64,000 nt of DNA, from NCBI GenBank assembly GCA_965645245.1, contig OZ287081.1, positions 186,001-250,000 on the forward strand. The letters run 5' to 3'. The stretch's first letter is position 1. The number at the start of each line of letters is the position of its first letter. The translations under genes and the position numbers were made by a program. This document shows, in pieces, positions 24,253 through 35,800 of this stretch. This DNA is from Massalongia carnosa (taxonomy: Eukaryota). The notes under the pieces were generated by a model. It made no database searches and was not told where the DNA came from. It saw nothing but the letters and a program-made list of their open reading frames with translations.

Positions 24253-27200
24253 ATGCAGGATTCGATGGAAAGCTCTTCGAAACGGGAGCGATTGAGGTCC
24301 TTGTTTAGTCACAAGGCTAGTAAGGCAAAACAGGACTCGTGCGGAATTTCAGTGCAAGGATCTTCCACATCACAATCAACGAAACCTGATTCTGCCTCTA
24401 TTCCGACATCAGCTGTCAAGGTGAACACGGGCTCCGGATCGGTTCCGAATTCAACTGAAGAGGCGAGATCGATCAAAACATCTTCTTCAGCGGGTGCGCA
24501 AGCTCTGAATGTTCAGAGTAGTCTCTGGGACATTACGCTACAGAAACTATCATTAGAGGAGAGAGCGGCTATTCAACAAACAACCTTGAATTCAAAACTA
24601 GAAATCGTGGAAAAATTACACGGTGTTGTTCAGCAGAAACGAGATGAATGCCGCGAGAAACAATGGAAATTTCGTTTCCAAGGCCAAGAGATCATCCTTC
24701 GCGATTTAGCGGAGAAAATTATCTTTGGACTCAACAAATTCAAGGAAATTGGAGACGTGGCGGTAAATTTTGATCCCGTTCATGCTGCGTTGCCATGGGC
24801 GGGAGTCAGGTTTTTGCTTCAGGTGAGATTGGATCTTCCTTTCACATGATCTTGAAAAGACCTAACCCTGGAAAAGATGGCGGTGGGAGAAAGAGAGTTG
24901 ATGGCAGCTTTACTTATTGGCGGAGAGAAGGTGACGCAACTTATCAATCGGTGCACAATATATGAACTCCTTTACCTTCCTTCGAATGTATCCGGACCGT
25001 TCACACTTGCAATAGAGAACTTGACAACGGCGTTGACAGCCTTGTATCTCGCTGTGTTAAGATTCCTTGCCCGTGCAAAGAAGGAATATGATAAAGGATC
25101 TGTATCTCGAACTCTGGGGAGTGTGTTGGGTTCGAAAGTTCTCGAATTTGTTGAGAGTTGTAAGGACTTAGAAACCCAAGTAGATACGGAGGCAAGAAAT
25201 TTGGATCGCATACAAGATCGGGAGGAAAGAAATTTGGATCGCATACAAGATCGGGAGGCAAGAATGAAGCTAAAGAGCTTATTTGAAGACTTGCGAAGCC
25301 CAATCTTGCGCGTCGATGCTCGAGTGAGTGCTTTGAGCGATGAATATGAAGTGGACAAGCGAAATAAAATACTCTCTTGGATATCCGACATTCCATACAA
25401 GGACATCCACTATGTTGCTCGCGAAGGATGGACGAAGGGGACAGGAAATTGGCTGCTGGAGCATGACCGATATGTAAAATGGCGTGCGTCTACCGCATCT
25501 ACAATATTATGGCTGCACGGAATGCGTAAGTGTATATACAATATCTAGCATTTCTTACTGACTGTGTCCATCAGCTGGCGCTGGCAAAACTAAACTTGTG
25601 TCAACAGTCGTCGATGATCTGACTAAAAGTTTTGCTCAGCAATCGAATGACGAGGCGCTGGCCTACTTTTATTGCGATCGCAATCAGCCTAATCGTCAAG
25701 ACCCAGCAGTGATCATGAGCAGCTTCGTGCGACAGTTGTCGAGAGTCAAAAGCAGCAACACGATTCAACGTCCGATAATTCAAAAGTATGAAATAGAGCA
25801 AGCAAATGGCTTTGCCTCAAGAGGGCTCAAGATTGAGGAAAGTTTTAATCTTCTACTTCAGCTGATTGAAAGTTATCCTCAAATCACGCTAGTTGTGGAC
25901 GCTTTGGATGAGTGCAACAAGGAAACAAGGGCCTCTTTCATGGAAAAGTTAAACACCTTGGTCAGCGGCAAGTCTTCTAACTTGGTAAAAATTTTCATCT
26001 CGAGCAGGCCAGACCTAGATATCAAACACCGATTTAGTGATGGATCAAACATGGAAATCAGGGCAACGGATAATGAGAAGGACATAGCAATGTTCATTGA
26101 CGATAAGATCAAAGATAAAAAGGAATGGTATTGCAAGATAAGTCTCGAACTTAGAGAGCTCATCTCCGAGACGTTGGTGAGCAAAAGTGACGGAATGTAA
26201 GTTTCTATAACTGTCGGCCACTAGCATTGATTTCTAACAGTAGAATAGGTTTCAGTGGGCGTCTCTGCAGATTATTCAACTACATAAACTTCCGCCCCGT
26301 AGACGCGATATTGAAGAGCGACTAGGCAAACTTCCTAAGGACCTTGATGCGGCATATGACGAAATATATCGCAGAATCAAGGCTCAAGAAGGAAGTGCGC
26401 CCGAAATTGCCAATCGTGCATTTCAATGGATCATGTACTCCGTTGTCCCCTTATCGCCAGAAGCATTAGTCGCTGGGGTTTGTCAAGATCCTAACACGGA
26501 CGTTGTCGACGCTGTTGATGTCGATATCGATACTGTTCTCGACGCTTGTCAAAACTTAATCGTTGTTGATTCTCAGCTTCATATCTGCCGATTTTCCCAC
26601 TTATCAGTTCAAGAATATCTGGAAAGACACTGGGAATACTATGGTGCAAATGTTCTAATAGCGAAAGTATGTTTGTCTTTGTTGAATGATCCAGTTCAAC
26701 AAAAACGGGATACCGAATTGCAAGACGAAAACAAAAAACTCGACGACATTATTCGCTACGCAAGATTCTGTTGGGCAGATCACGTACAAAACCACGATAA
26801 AGAAATGATTGATTCTCGTTTATCGGCTATTTTAAAGCAATTTCTTGGATCCTTCAATGAAAGCAGCCCAGCGTACAAGAGTTGGCATGAAATAATAGAC
26901 AAGGATAAAAATAGGAGAGATCGTGATAAGCAGATGTTTAATACCAGTCTGGTAAATAAAGTTTTTCGTAGTATTAGTCCTTCTTCTTTAACTTTACAGG
27001 CAATATCAGCGTTTGGATTCAATAAAATCATATTGGATTGGTGGGAAACAGCTGTTTTCGATGTCGAGACACGTAATAAGAATAATGAATCATTACTGGA
27101 TATTGCAAGTCAATACGGTCATCTTTTCATTGTCAAGATTTTGTTGAAGGAAGGGGCGGACGTGAACGCGCAAGGCGGACTCTATGGCAACGCGCTGCAG

Positions 27201-29353
27201 ACGGCATCGGACCGAGGTCACGAGAAAATCGTGCAGTTGCTGTTGAACAACGAAGCGGACGTGAACGCGCAAGGCGGATACTTTGGCAACGCGCTGCAGG
27301 CGGCATCGTTCGGAGGTCACGAGAAAATCGTGCAGTTGCTGTTGAACAACGAAGCGGATGTGAACGCGCAAGGCGGAGGCTGTGGCAACGCGCTGCAGGC
27401 GGCATCGTTCGGAGGTCACGAGAAAATCGTGCAGTTGCTGTTGAACAACGAAGCGGACGTGAACGCGCAAGACGGACTCAATGGCAACGCGCTGCAGGCG
27501 GCATCGTTCGGAGGTCACGAGAAAATCGTGCAGTTGCTGTTGAACAACGAAGCGGACGTGAACGCGCAAGGCGGAGGCTTTGGCAACGCGCTGCAGGCGG
27601 CATCGTCCGAAGGTCACGAGAAAATCGTGCAGTTGCTGTTGAACAACGAAGCGGACGTGAACGCGCAAGACGGATGGTATGGCAACGCGCTGCAGGCGGC
27701 ATCGTTCGGAGGTCACGAGAAAATCGTGCAGTTGCTGTTGAACAACGAAGCGGACGTGAACGCGCAAGGCGAACCCTATGGCAACCCGCTGCAGGCGGCA
27801 TCGTTCGGAGGTCACGAGAAAATCGTGCAGTTGCTGTTGAACAACGAAGCGGACGTGAACGCGCAAAGCGGACTCTATGGCAACGCGCTGCAGACGGCAT
27901 CGGACCGAGGTCACGAGAAAATCGTGCAGTTGCTGTTGAACAACGAAGCGGACGTGAACGCGCAAGGCGGACACTTTGGCAACGCGCTGCAGGCGGCATC
28001 GTTCGGAGGTCACGAGAAAATCGTGCAGTTGCTGTTGAACAACGAAGCGGACGTGAACGCGCAAGGCGGATGGAATTGGAACGCGCTGCAGGCAGGATCG
28101 TCCAAAGGTCACGAGAAAATCGTGCAGTTGCTGTTGAACAACGAAGCGGACGTGAACGCGCAAGGCGGAGAGTATGGCAACGCGCTGCAGGCGGCATCGT
28201 TCGGAGGTCACGAGAAAATCGTGCAGTTGCTGTTGAACAACGAAGCGGACGTGAACGCGCAAGACGGACTCAATGGCAACGCGCTGCAGGCGGCATCGTT
28301 CGGAGGTCACGAGAAAATCGTGCAGTTGCTGTTGAACAACGAAGCGGACGTGAACGCGCAAGGCGGAGGCTTTGGCAACGCGCTGCAGGCGGCATCGTCC
28401 GAAGGTCACGAGAAAATCGTGCAGTTGCTGTTGAACAACGAAGCGGACGTGAACGCGCAAGGCGGACGGTATGGCAACGCGCTGCAGGCGGCATCGTTCG
28501 GAGGTCACGAGAAAATCGTGCAGTTGCTGTTGAACAACGAAGCGGACGTGAACGCGCAAGGCGGACGGTATGGCAACGCGCTGCAGGCGGCATCGTCCAA
28601 AGGTCACGAGAAAATCGTGCAGTTGCTGTTGAACAACGAAGCGGACGTGAACGCGCAAGGCGGAGGGTATGGCAACGCGCTGCAGGCGGCATCGTTGGGA
28701 GGTCACGAGAAAATCGTGCAGTTGCTGTTGAACAACGAAGCGGACGTGAACGCGCAAGGCGAACACTATGGCAACCCGCTGCAGGCGGCATCGTCCGGAG
28801 GTCACGAGAAAATCGTGCAGTTGCTGTTGAACAACGAAGCGGACGTGAACGCGCAAGGCGGACCCTATGGAACGCGCTGCAGGCGGCATCGTTCAAAGGT
28901 CACGAGAAAATCGTGCAGTTGCTGTTGAACAACGAAGCGTAAGTAAATGACAGCGCGCTGCATAATGCATGCATATATGGTCAAGAGAAGGTGATGCAGT
29001 TATTGTTGAAAAATGGAGTGCAAGTTAACGACAAGTTGCTGGTAATGACATTGCCGGAAGGTCACATAAGGATAATACAGAGCAGATTGGGGGAAAAATG
29101 GAAAATTAACGATATCGTATTACTGACTACATCATCGAGATATCACGAGAAGGCAGTGCAATTTTTGTTGAATAACGGGGTGAACGTCAATGACAGCTCG
29201 CTGCATGCATCAAGGGAACGTTACGAGAAGACGATGCAGTGGTTGTTGGATGAAGGAGAGAACATGTACGTGATAGATAGCTCGCTGCAGGCATTGAGGA
29301 AATCTCACGAGAGGGTTTTGCAGTTGCTGGAGGCAGCCATGAAACCTTGCTGA
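24253..29353 (+). CDS. Fungal NLR, copy 1: N-terminal helical domain (Goodbye-like/NACHT_N)-NACHT-WHD-ankyrin repeats; C-terminus frameshifted
   Basis: [16 protein letters not shown]; Walker A GMPGAGKT spanning intron 25526-25574; Walker [18 protein letters not shown] spanning intron 26197-26248; first intron 24823-24876. Open until a 1-nt deletion near 28870 (stop 28928), with a further TAA at 28940. Confidence 0.93.
27155..28939 (+). repeat. 18 x 99-bp ankyrin repeat array with high internal conservation
   Basis: Unit [33 protein letters not shown], near-identical at the DNA level except at the x codons. Confidence 0.97.
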
Positions 29354-30036
29354 TATCAAGTCCTTCATCAATCACCAATACAATAGAGATGCTTCATTTT
29401 CAGTTGCTTTCAAATAGTCTTCTATTTTCTTCTTGAAAGAATTATGCGGGATGAGAGACACAATTTGAAAACGTGAGAGCTTGTAATTGAGAAATCCTAG
29501 CGTAACAGATTAGCATTGCTTTCCTATCGTTCGATCTGCTTAATTTCTGGCTATTTTCCCCTAAAGGTTGTTTTATCTTTTTCGCGTTGAAATTTTCATA
29601 AGGACTTGAAGTAAAAGAAAGAGGCAGTTTTTAATGTTTTTATCTAACGTAGTTCAGAAATAGAATATAATAATTCGGCTAGGGCGAAAGGTAATGCCGG
29701 GACTGAGTGGAGGCAGGCCGTGGATAGCCGACGAAGGCCGAAGGTCGAAGGAGGATGATGCCCAAAATAGTTGGACAAGCAAGGGAGAGAAAAGGGCATA
29801 AATAGGCCTTTTGGCACTCTTCTCCTCATCATCACCATTGATTCGGAGTTCAGCACCAAAAGGTCTTTTGCCTTCCCACCCACTCCCTGTATCAGCCGCA
29901 TAGGTAGATGGAGTTTTTCAGAGTTGCCCAAAAATAGATAGAAATTATGTATATGTTCAGCTGACACGATGGAGCCCGCGAATTACATGTCTCTGGCCAA
30001 AATCGTGAGAGTTCGAGAAATCAATCTTGGATTTAA

Positions 30037-31700
30037 CGAGATGCTTAGAGACAGTCCCCCCCCGACCGTCCCCCCCCCCTGTGTAAATCTTTACTAGTAA
30101 ACAGCCATTTTACTACTCATCCAGGGTGCGTACAAGCTAGCAGTTACACTACGTATTAATAATGTTGCTGTTACTGACTAAGTGTATTCAACACCTACAA
30201 ATCTACCTATTGCGATACATCATCTTTTCTAGGCTTCATGGTTTTAGCCACCTTTCTCATCGCCGTTTTCTTTCTCGCTTGAGCCCTAGCCTGTTTGACT
30301 GATTTCTCGACTCTTTGCTGAGATTCCAACTCCAACTGAGCCTTTGATTTCTTCGCCACACCCCGAGACCTTCGCGTTGTTGCCGAGGAAGTAGGGAGAA
30401 TTTGACTGGCGCGTACGTTTTGGCCAAGACTATAAAGAGATGGAACCAGCGCTGCCTGAGGTAGGGCTTTTTGACTATGCTTGGCAAGCACATCGTCAAT
30501 ATCTTCGAGCGAATCCGACGAGGCTTCTGATGTAAGAATAATATCATTTTCGTCATCCGAAGGAAGCATAGGATCCATAGAACGACCGAGAATGGGCTGA
30601 GTGCTTATATACTGCACCTCGTCATCGTCGTCGGAGACGATAGACGCGTTTTCGATTCTCTCCATAACTAAGTTTTCTCCTAAACTATTGTACCCAATAT
30701 TAGCCGACCCAAGCGCAATAACTTTGCACCATCGTGAATTTTACCTTCTGTTTCACCTTCAACCTCATCGTCGCCCCCAGCACGCAATCTATTATATCTA
30801 AGCCTCCTCCCTTGTTCAATAGAGTCCCTTCGCCTAGTACGTCGCTGTTCAGTTTCTCTAGCCTCAGCTGCCTCGCGACCAGTGTAGGCACGTCGACGAC
30901 TCCCTCCTTTCTTATACATGAGGTTTTCTTTGGGCCGAATTTCGTCGGGGAATGTGGTAGGGATGAGAGGTCTTACCAGCTCCTTCTTTTGCCATTTCTT
31001 ATTGAACTTTTCAACGATGTGAGCATGCTCGCGAGCGTACTCCTCCCTTCGATGAGAATCTTCTATTGGTTGATGCAGGTCAATAGATTGATATGCCACA
31101 GAATGTAGCAAATCAAGGCCCCCGTGGCGAAATTTATCCTCACTCAACACGCCTTCTTCGAGCTCGACCTCATCCTTATCCACCTCAATCTCTCCCGTCC
31201 CTTCGACCTCATCGACGATTTTTTCGACCTCGGGCTCCGAGCCGCGAGCGAAATAGAAGGTCATTTGCCAAGAGACCGCATAAGGTGGGCCATCAAAAAA
31301 CCACCGGGGGTGGATGAGGGAAACGGGAATAGGGATCGAGTCGTTGATGCATTTATACAATCAGCATTTGCATGGGAGACGGTACCTTAAAGGCAATTCA
31401 CAATCATAAACACAGCTTTCATCATCAGGGACAATTAAAAGGATTCGTTCAGCTAACGATTTGGCGGCATCGAGTTCTCTTGAAACGAGGCCAATGGCAT
31501 GATGCGTAATTTTCCCAATGAGTAGCGTAAAAGCATTTCTATCGATCAATCTAGGATTGCGTATTCGCTGTTGATTGCACAAAATCTCCTGATCTAATTG
31601 TTTTTTCCGCACCTCATCACATATTTTCTGCACCGATTGTCTTATAGGCAAGGGCAAATGGTAAGTGAAAGTGAGGGTGAGGGTGAGGGTGAGGGTAATG

Positions 31701-31756
<56 letters not shown>

Positions 31757-31959
31757 ATGCTTTATCAGACCGAGTAGGGTAATTATTAGTAGCAATAACA
31801 CGTCATACGATTTGAACCGAAAAGAGTTTAATGTGCTGTTGGCAGTTGCGTTACTAGCTTGTACGCACCCTGGATAAGCAGTGAAATGGCTGCTTACTAG
31901 CAAAGATTAACACAGGGGGGTGGGGGACGGTCGGGGGGGGACTGTCCCTAAGCACCTCG
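30037..31959 (-). mobile_element. MULE-like element B, 5' part of transposase deleted, at the centre of the inverted duplication
   Basis: About 105-bp TIRs cgagatgcttagagacagtcccc / ggggactgtccctaagcacctcg. Minus-strand ORFs are homologous to the MULE-A C-terminus (LIPTTFPDEIRPK.NLMYKK.GSRRRAYTGREAAEA). Confidence 0.9.
31671..31756 (+). repeat. (GTGAGG)n hexamer tract, a telomere-variant-like TGAGGG repeat
   Basis: 13 perfect units plus one degenerate unit (gtaatg). Confidence 0.95.
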
Positions 31960-32862
31960 GTCGGTTTATTATGATTTGTATCGTTTGTGATCGGTTGCTG
32001 ACTTGTTCTGATTTCGTCTTTCCTTCTGAAGCATTGCCTGAAATGCAAATGTATCATCTCTCTCTCTTACTGAAGACAATATATTAATAACGATGAAGTT
32101 CGCATTACTCTCCGCTACTTCATGATTCTACCTATGATTTTCATCTAAATACCTCCCGACTAATTTTATTCTTAATGCTTTAACTCCAAGATTGATTTCT
32201 CGAACTCTCACGATTTTGGCCAGAGATATGTAATTCGCGGGCTCCATCGTGTCAGCTGAACATATACATAATTTCTATCTATTTTTGGGTAACTCTGAAA
32301 AACTCCATCTACCTATGCGGCTGATTCAGGGAGTGGGTGGGTGGGCAAAAGACCTTTTGGTGCTGAACTCCGAATCAATGGTGATGATGAGGAGAAGAGT
32401 GCCAAAAGGCCTATTTATGCCCTTTTCTCTCCCTTGCTTGTCCAACTATTTTGGGCATCATACTCCTTCGACGTTCGGCCTTCGTCGGCTATCCACGGCC
32501 TGCCTCCACTCGGTCCCGGCATTACCTTTCGCCCTAGCCGAATTATTATATTCGATTTCTGAACTACGTTAGATAAAAACATTAAAAACTGCCTCTTTCT
32601 TTTACTTCAAGTCCTTATGAAAATTTCAACGCGAAAAAGATAAAACAACCTTTAGGGGAAAATAGCCAGAAATTAAGCAGATCGAACGATAGGAAAGCAA
32701 TGCTAATCTGTTACGCTAGGATTTCTCAATTACAAGCTCTCACGTTTTCAAATTGTGTCTCGCATCCCGCATAATTCTTTCAAGAAGAAAATAGAAGACT
32801 ATTTGAAAGCAACTGAAAATGAAGCATCTCTATTGTATTGATGATTGATGAAGGACTTGATA

Positions 32863-35800
32863 TCAGCAAGGTTTCATTGCTGCCTCCAGCAACTGCAAAA
32901 CCCTCTCGTGAGATTTCCTCAATGCCTGCAGCGAGCTGTCTTTCACGTTCATGTTCTCTCCTTCATCCAACAACCACTGCATCGTCTTCTCGTAACCTTC
33001 CCTCGATGCCTGCAGCGAGCTGTCATTGACGTTCACCCCGTTATTCAACAAAAATTGCCCTGCCTTCTCGTGATATCTCGATGATGTAGTCAGTAATACA
33101 ATATCGTTAATTTCCCATTTTTCCACCAATCTGCTCTGTATTATCCTTATATGACCTTCCGACAATGTCATTACCAGCAACTTGTCGTTAACTTGCACTC
33201 CATTTTTCAACAATAACTGCATCACCTTCTCTTGACCATATATGCATGCATTCTGCAGCGCGTTGTCATTTACTTCCGCTTCGTTTTTCAACAGCAACTG
33301 CACGATTTTCTCGTGACCTCCGAACGATGCCGCCTGCAGCGCGTTGCCACAGTCTCCGCCTTGCGCGTTCACGTCCGCTTCGTTCTTCAACAGCAACTAC
33401 ACGATTTTCTTGTGACCTCCGAACGATGCCGCCTGCAGCGCGTTGCCAAAGTGTCCGCCTTGCGCGTTCACGTCCGCTTCGTTTTTCAACAGCAACTGCA
33501 CGATTTTCTCGTGACCTTCGGACGATGCCGTCTGCAGCGCGTTGCCATACCCTCCGCCTTGCGCGTTCACGTCCGCTTCGTTGTTCAACAGCAACTGCAC
33601 AATTTTCTCGTGACCCTCGAACGATGCCGCCTGCAGCGGGTTGCCATAGGGTTCGCCTTGCGCGTTCACGTCCGCTTCGTTGTTCAACAGCAACTGCACG
33701 ATTTTCTCGTGACCTCCGAACGATGCCGCCTGCAGCGCGTTGCCAAAGTGTCCGCCTTGCGCGTTCACGTCCGCTTCGTTGTTCAACAGCAACTGCACGA
33801 TTTTCTCGTGACCTCCGATCGATGCCGCCTGCAGCGCGTTGCCATAGGGTTCGCCTTGCGCGTTCACGTCCGCTTCGTTGTTCAACAGCAACTGCACGAT
33901 TTTCTCGTGACCTTTGGACGATCCTGCCTGCAGCGCGTTCCAATTCCATCCGCCTTGCGCGTTCACGTCCGCTTCGTTGTTCAACAGCAACTGCACGATT
34001 TTCTCGTGACCTCGGGACGATGCCGCCTGTAGCGCGTTGCCATACCCTCCGCCTTGCGCGTTCACGTCCGCTTCGTTGTTCAATAGCAACTGCACGATTT
34101 TCTCGTGACCTTCGGACGATGCCGCCTGCAGCACGTTGCCATTCCATCCGCCTTGCGCGTTCACGTCCGCTTCGTTGTTCAACAGCAACTGCACGATTTT
34201 CTCGTGACCTCGGGACGATGCCGCCTGCAGCGCGTTGCCATACCGTCCGCCTTGCGCGTTCACGTCCGCTTCGTTGTTCAACAGTAACTGCACGATTTTC
34301 TCGTGACCCTCGAACGATGCCGCCTGCAGCGCGTTGCCATACTCTCCGCCTTGCGCGTTCACGTCCGCTTCGTTGTTCAACAGCAACTGCACGATTTTCT
34401 CGTGACCTTTGGACGATGCCGCCTGCAGCGCGTTGCCATAGTATCCGCCTTGCGCGTTCACGTCCGCTTCGTTGTTCAAGAGCAACTGCACGATTTTCTC
34501 GTGACCTTTGGACGATGCCGTCTGCAGCGCGTTGCCATAGGGTCCGCCTTGCGCGTTCACGTCCGCTTCGTTGTTCAACAGCAACTGCACGATTTTCTCG
34601 TGACCTCCGAACGATGCCGCCTGCAGCGCGTTGCCATACCCTCCGCCTTGCGCGTGCACGTCCGCCCCTTCCTTCAATAAATTCATGACAATGAAAAGAT
34701 AACCGTATCGACTAGCAATATGCAGTAATGATTCATCATTCTTATTACGTGTCTCGACATCGAAAACAGCTGTTTCCCACCAATCCAATATGATTTTATT
34801 GAATCCAAAAGCTGATACTGCCAGTAAAGTTAAAGAAGATGGACTAATACTATCAAAAACTTTACATACCAGACTGGTATTAAATACCTGCTCATAATTA
34901 TCTCTCCTCTTTTTATCATTGTCTATTATTTCATGCCAACTCTTGTACGCTGGGCTGCTTTCATTGAAGGATCCAAGAAATTGCTTTAAAATGGCCGATA
35001 AACGAGAATCAATCATTTCTTTATCGTGGTTTTGTACGTGATCTGCCCAACAGAATCTTGCGTAGCGGATAATGTCGTCGAGTTTTTTGTTTTCGTCTTG
35101 CAATTCGGTATCCCGTTTTTGTTGAACTGGATCATTCAACAAAGACAAACATACTTTCGCTATTAGATCATTCGCACCATAGTATTCCCAGTGTCTTTCC
35201 AGATATTCTTGAACTGATAAGTGGGAAAATCGGCAGATATAAAGCTGAGAATCAACGACTATTAAGTTTTGACAAGCGTCGAGAACAGAATCGATATCGA
35301 AATAGACAGCGTCGACAACGTCCGTGTTGGGATCTTGACAAACCCCAGCGACTAATGCTTCTGGCGATAAGGGGACTACGGAGTACATGATCCATTGAAA
35401 TGCACGATTGGCAATTTCGGGCGCACTTCCGTCTTGAGCCTTAATTCTGCGATATATTTCGTCATATGCCGCATCAAGGTCCTTAGGAAGTTTGCCTAGT
35501 CGCTCTTCAATATCGCGTCTACGGGGCAGAAGTTTATGTAGTTGAATAATCTGCAGAGACGCCCACTGAAACCTATTCTACGGTTAGAAATCAATGCTAG
35601 TGGCCGACAGTCATAGAAACTTACATTCCGTCACTTTTGCTCACCAACCTCTCGGAGATGATCTCTCTAAGTTCGAGACTTATCTTGCAATACCAATCCT
35701 TTTTATCTTTGATCTTATCGTCAACAAACATTGCTATTTCCTTCTCATTATCCGTTGCCCTGATTTACATGTTTGATTCATCACTAAATCGGTGTTTGAT

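Larger units (their letters stand above)
10899..30036 (+). repeat. Left arm of large inverted segmental duplication
   Basis: Reverse complement of 32180-52294, including intergenic DNA. Starts cacatgaactagccag and ends gagaaatcaatcttggatttaa. Confidence 0.97.

Noticed and set aside
24410..24450. [10 protein letters not shown] as a possible amyloid signalling motif in the NLR N-terminus
   Set aside because: Too short, lacks the N/Q-rich G-x-Q-x-G pattern, and has no matching motif in the HeLo protein.
27155..28939. CRISPR-like repeat/spacer appearance
   Set aside because: In-frame ankyrin coding repeats with variable patches of only 6-12 nt; eukaryotic context and no cas genes.
27093..28942. 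Long antisense and alternative-frame ORFs (598, 422 aa; also 480 and 293 aa at 33232-34688)
   Set aside because: By-products of a stop-free 99-bp repeat unit; no independent coding signal.
31361..31903. ORFs with (TL)n or (VR)n runs
   Set aside because: Translation of the GTGAGG microsatellite fused to a MULE remnant.
7499..31959. Simple composite transposon (MULE-A + cargo + MULE-B) inserted into the PKS
   Set aside because: The PKS does not resume after 31959 and the outer flanks share no TSD.
29644..32572. Mirrored 107-aa ORFs (29644-29967 and 32249-32572)
   Set aside because: GTG starts and no recognisable domain; similarity is explained by the duplication.
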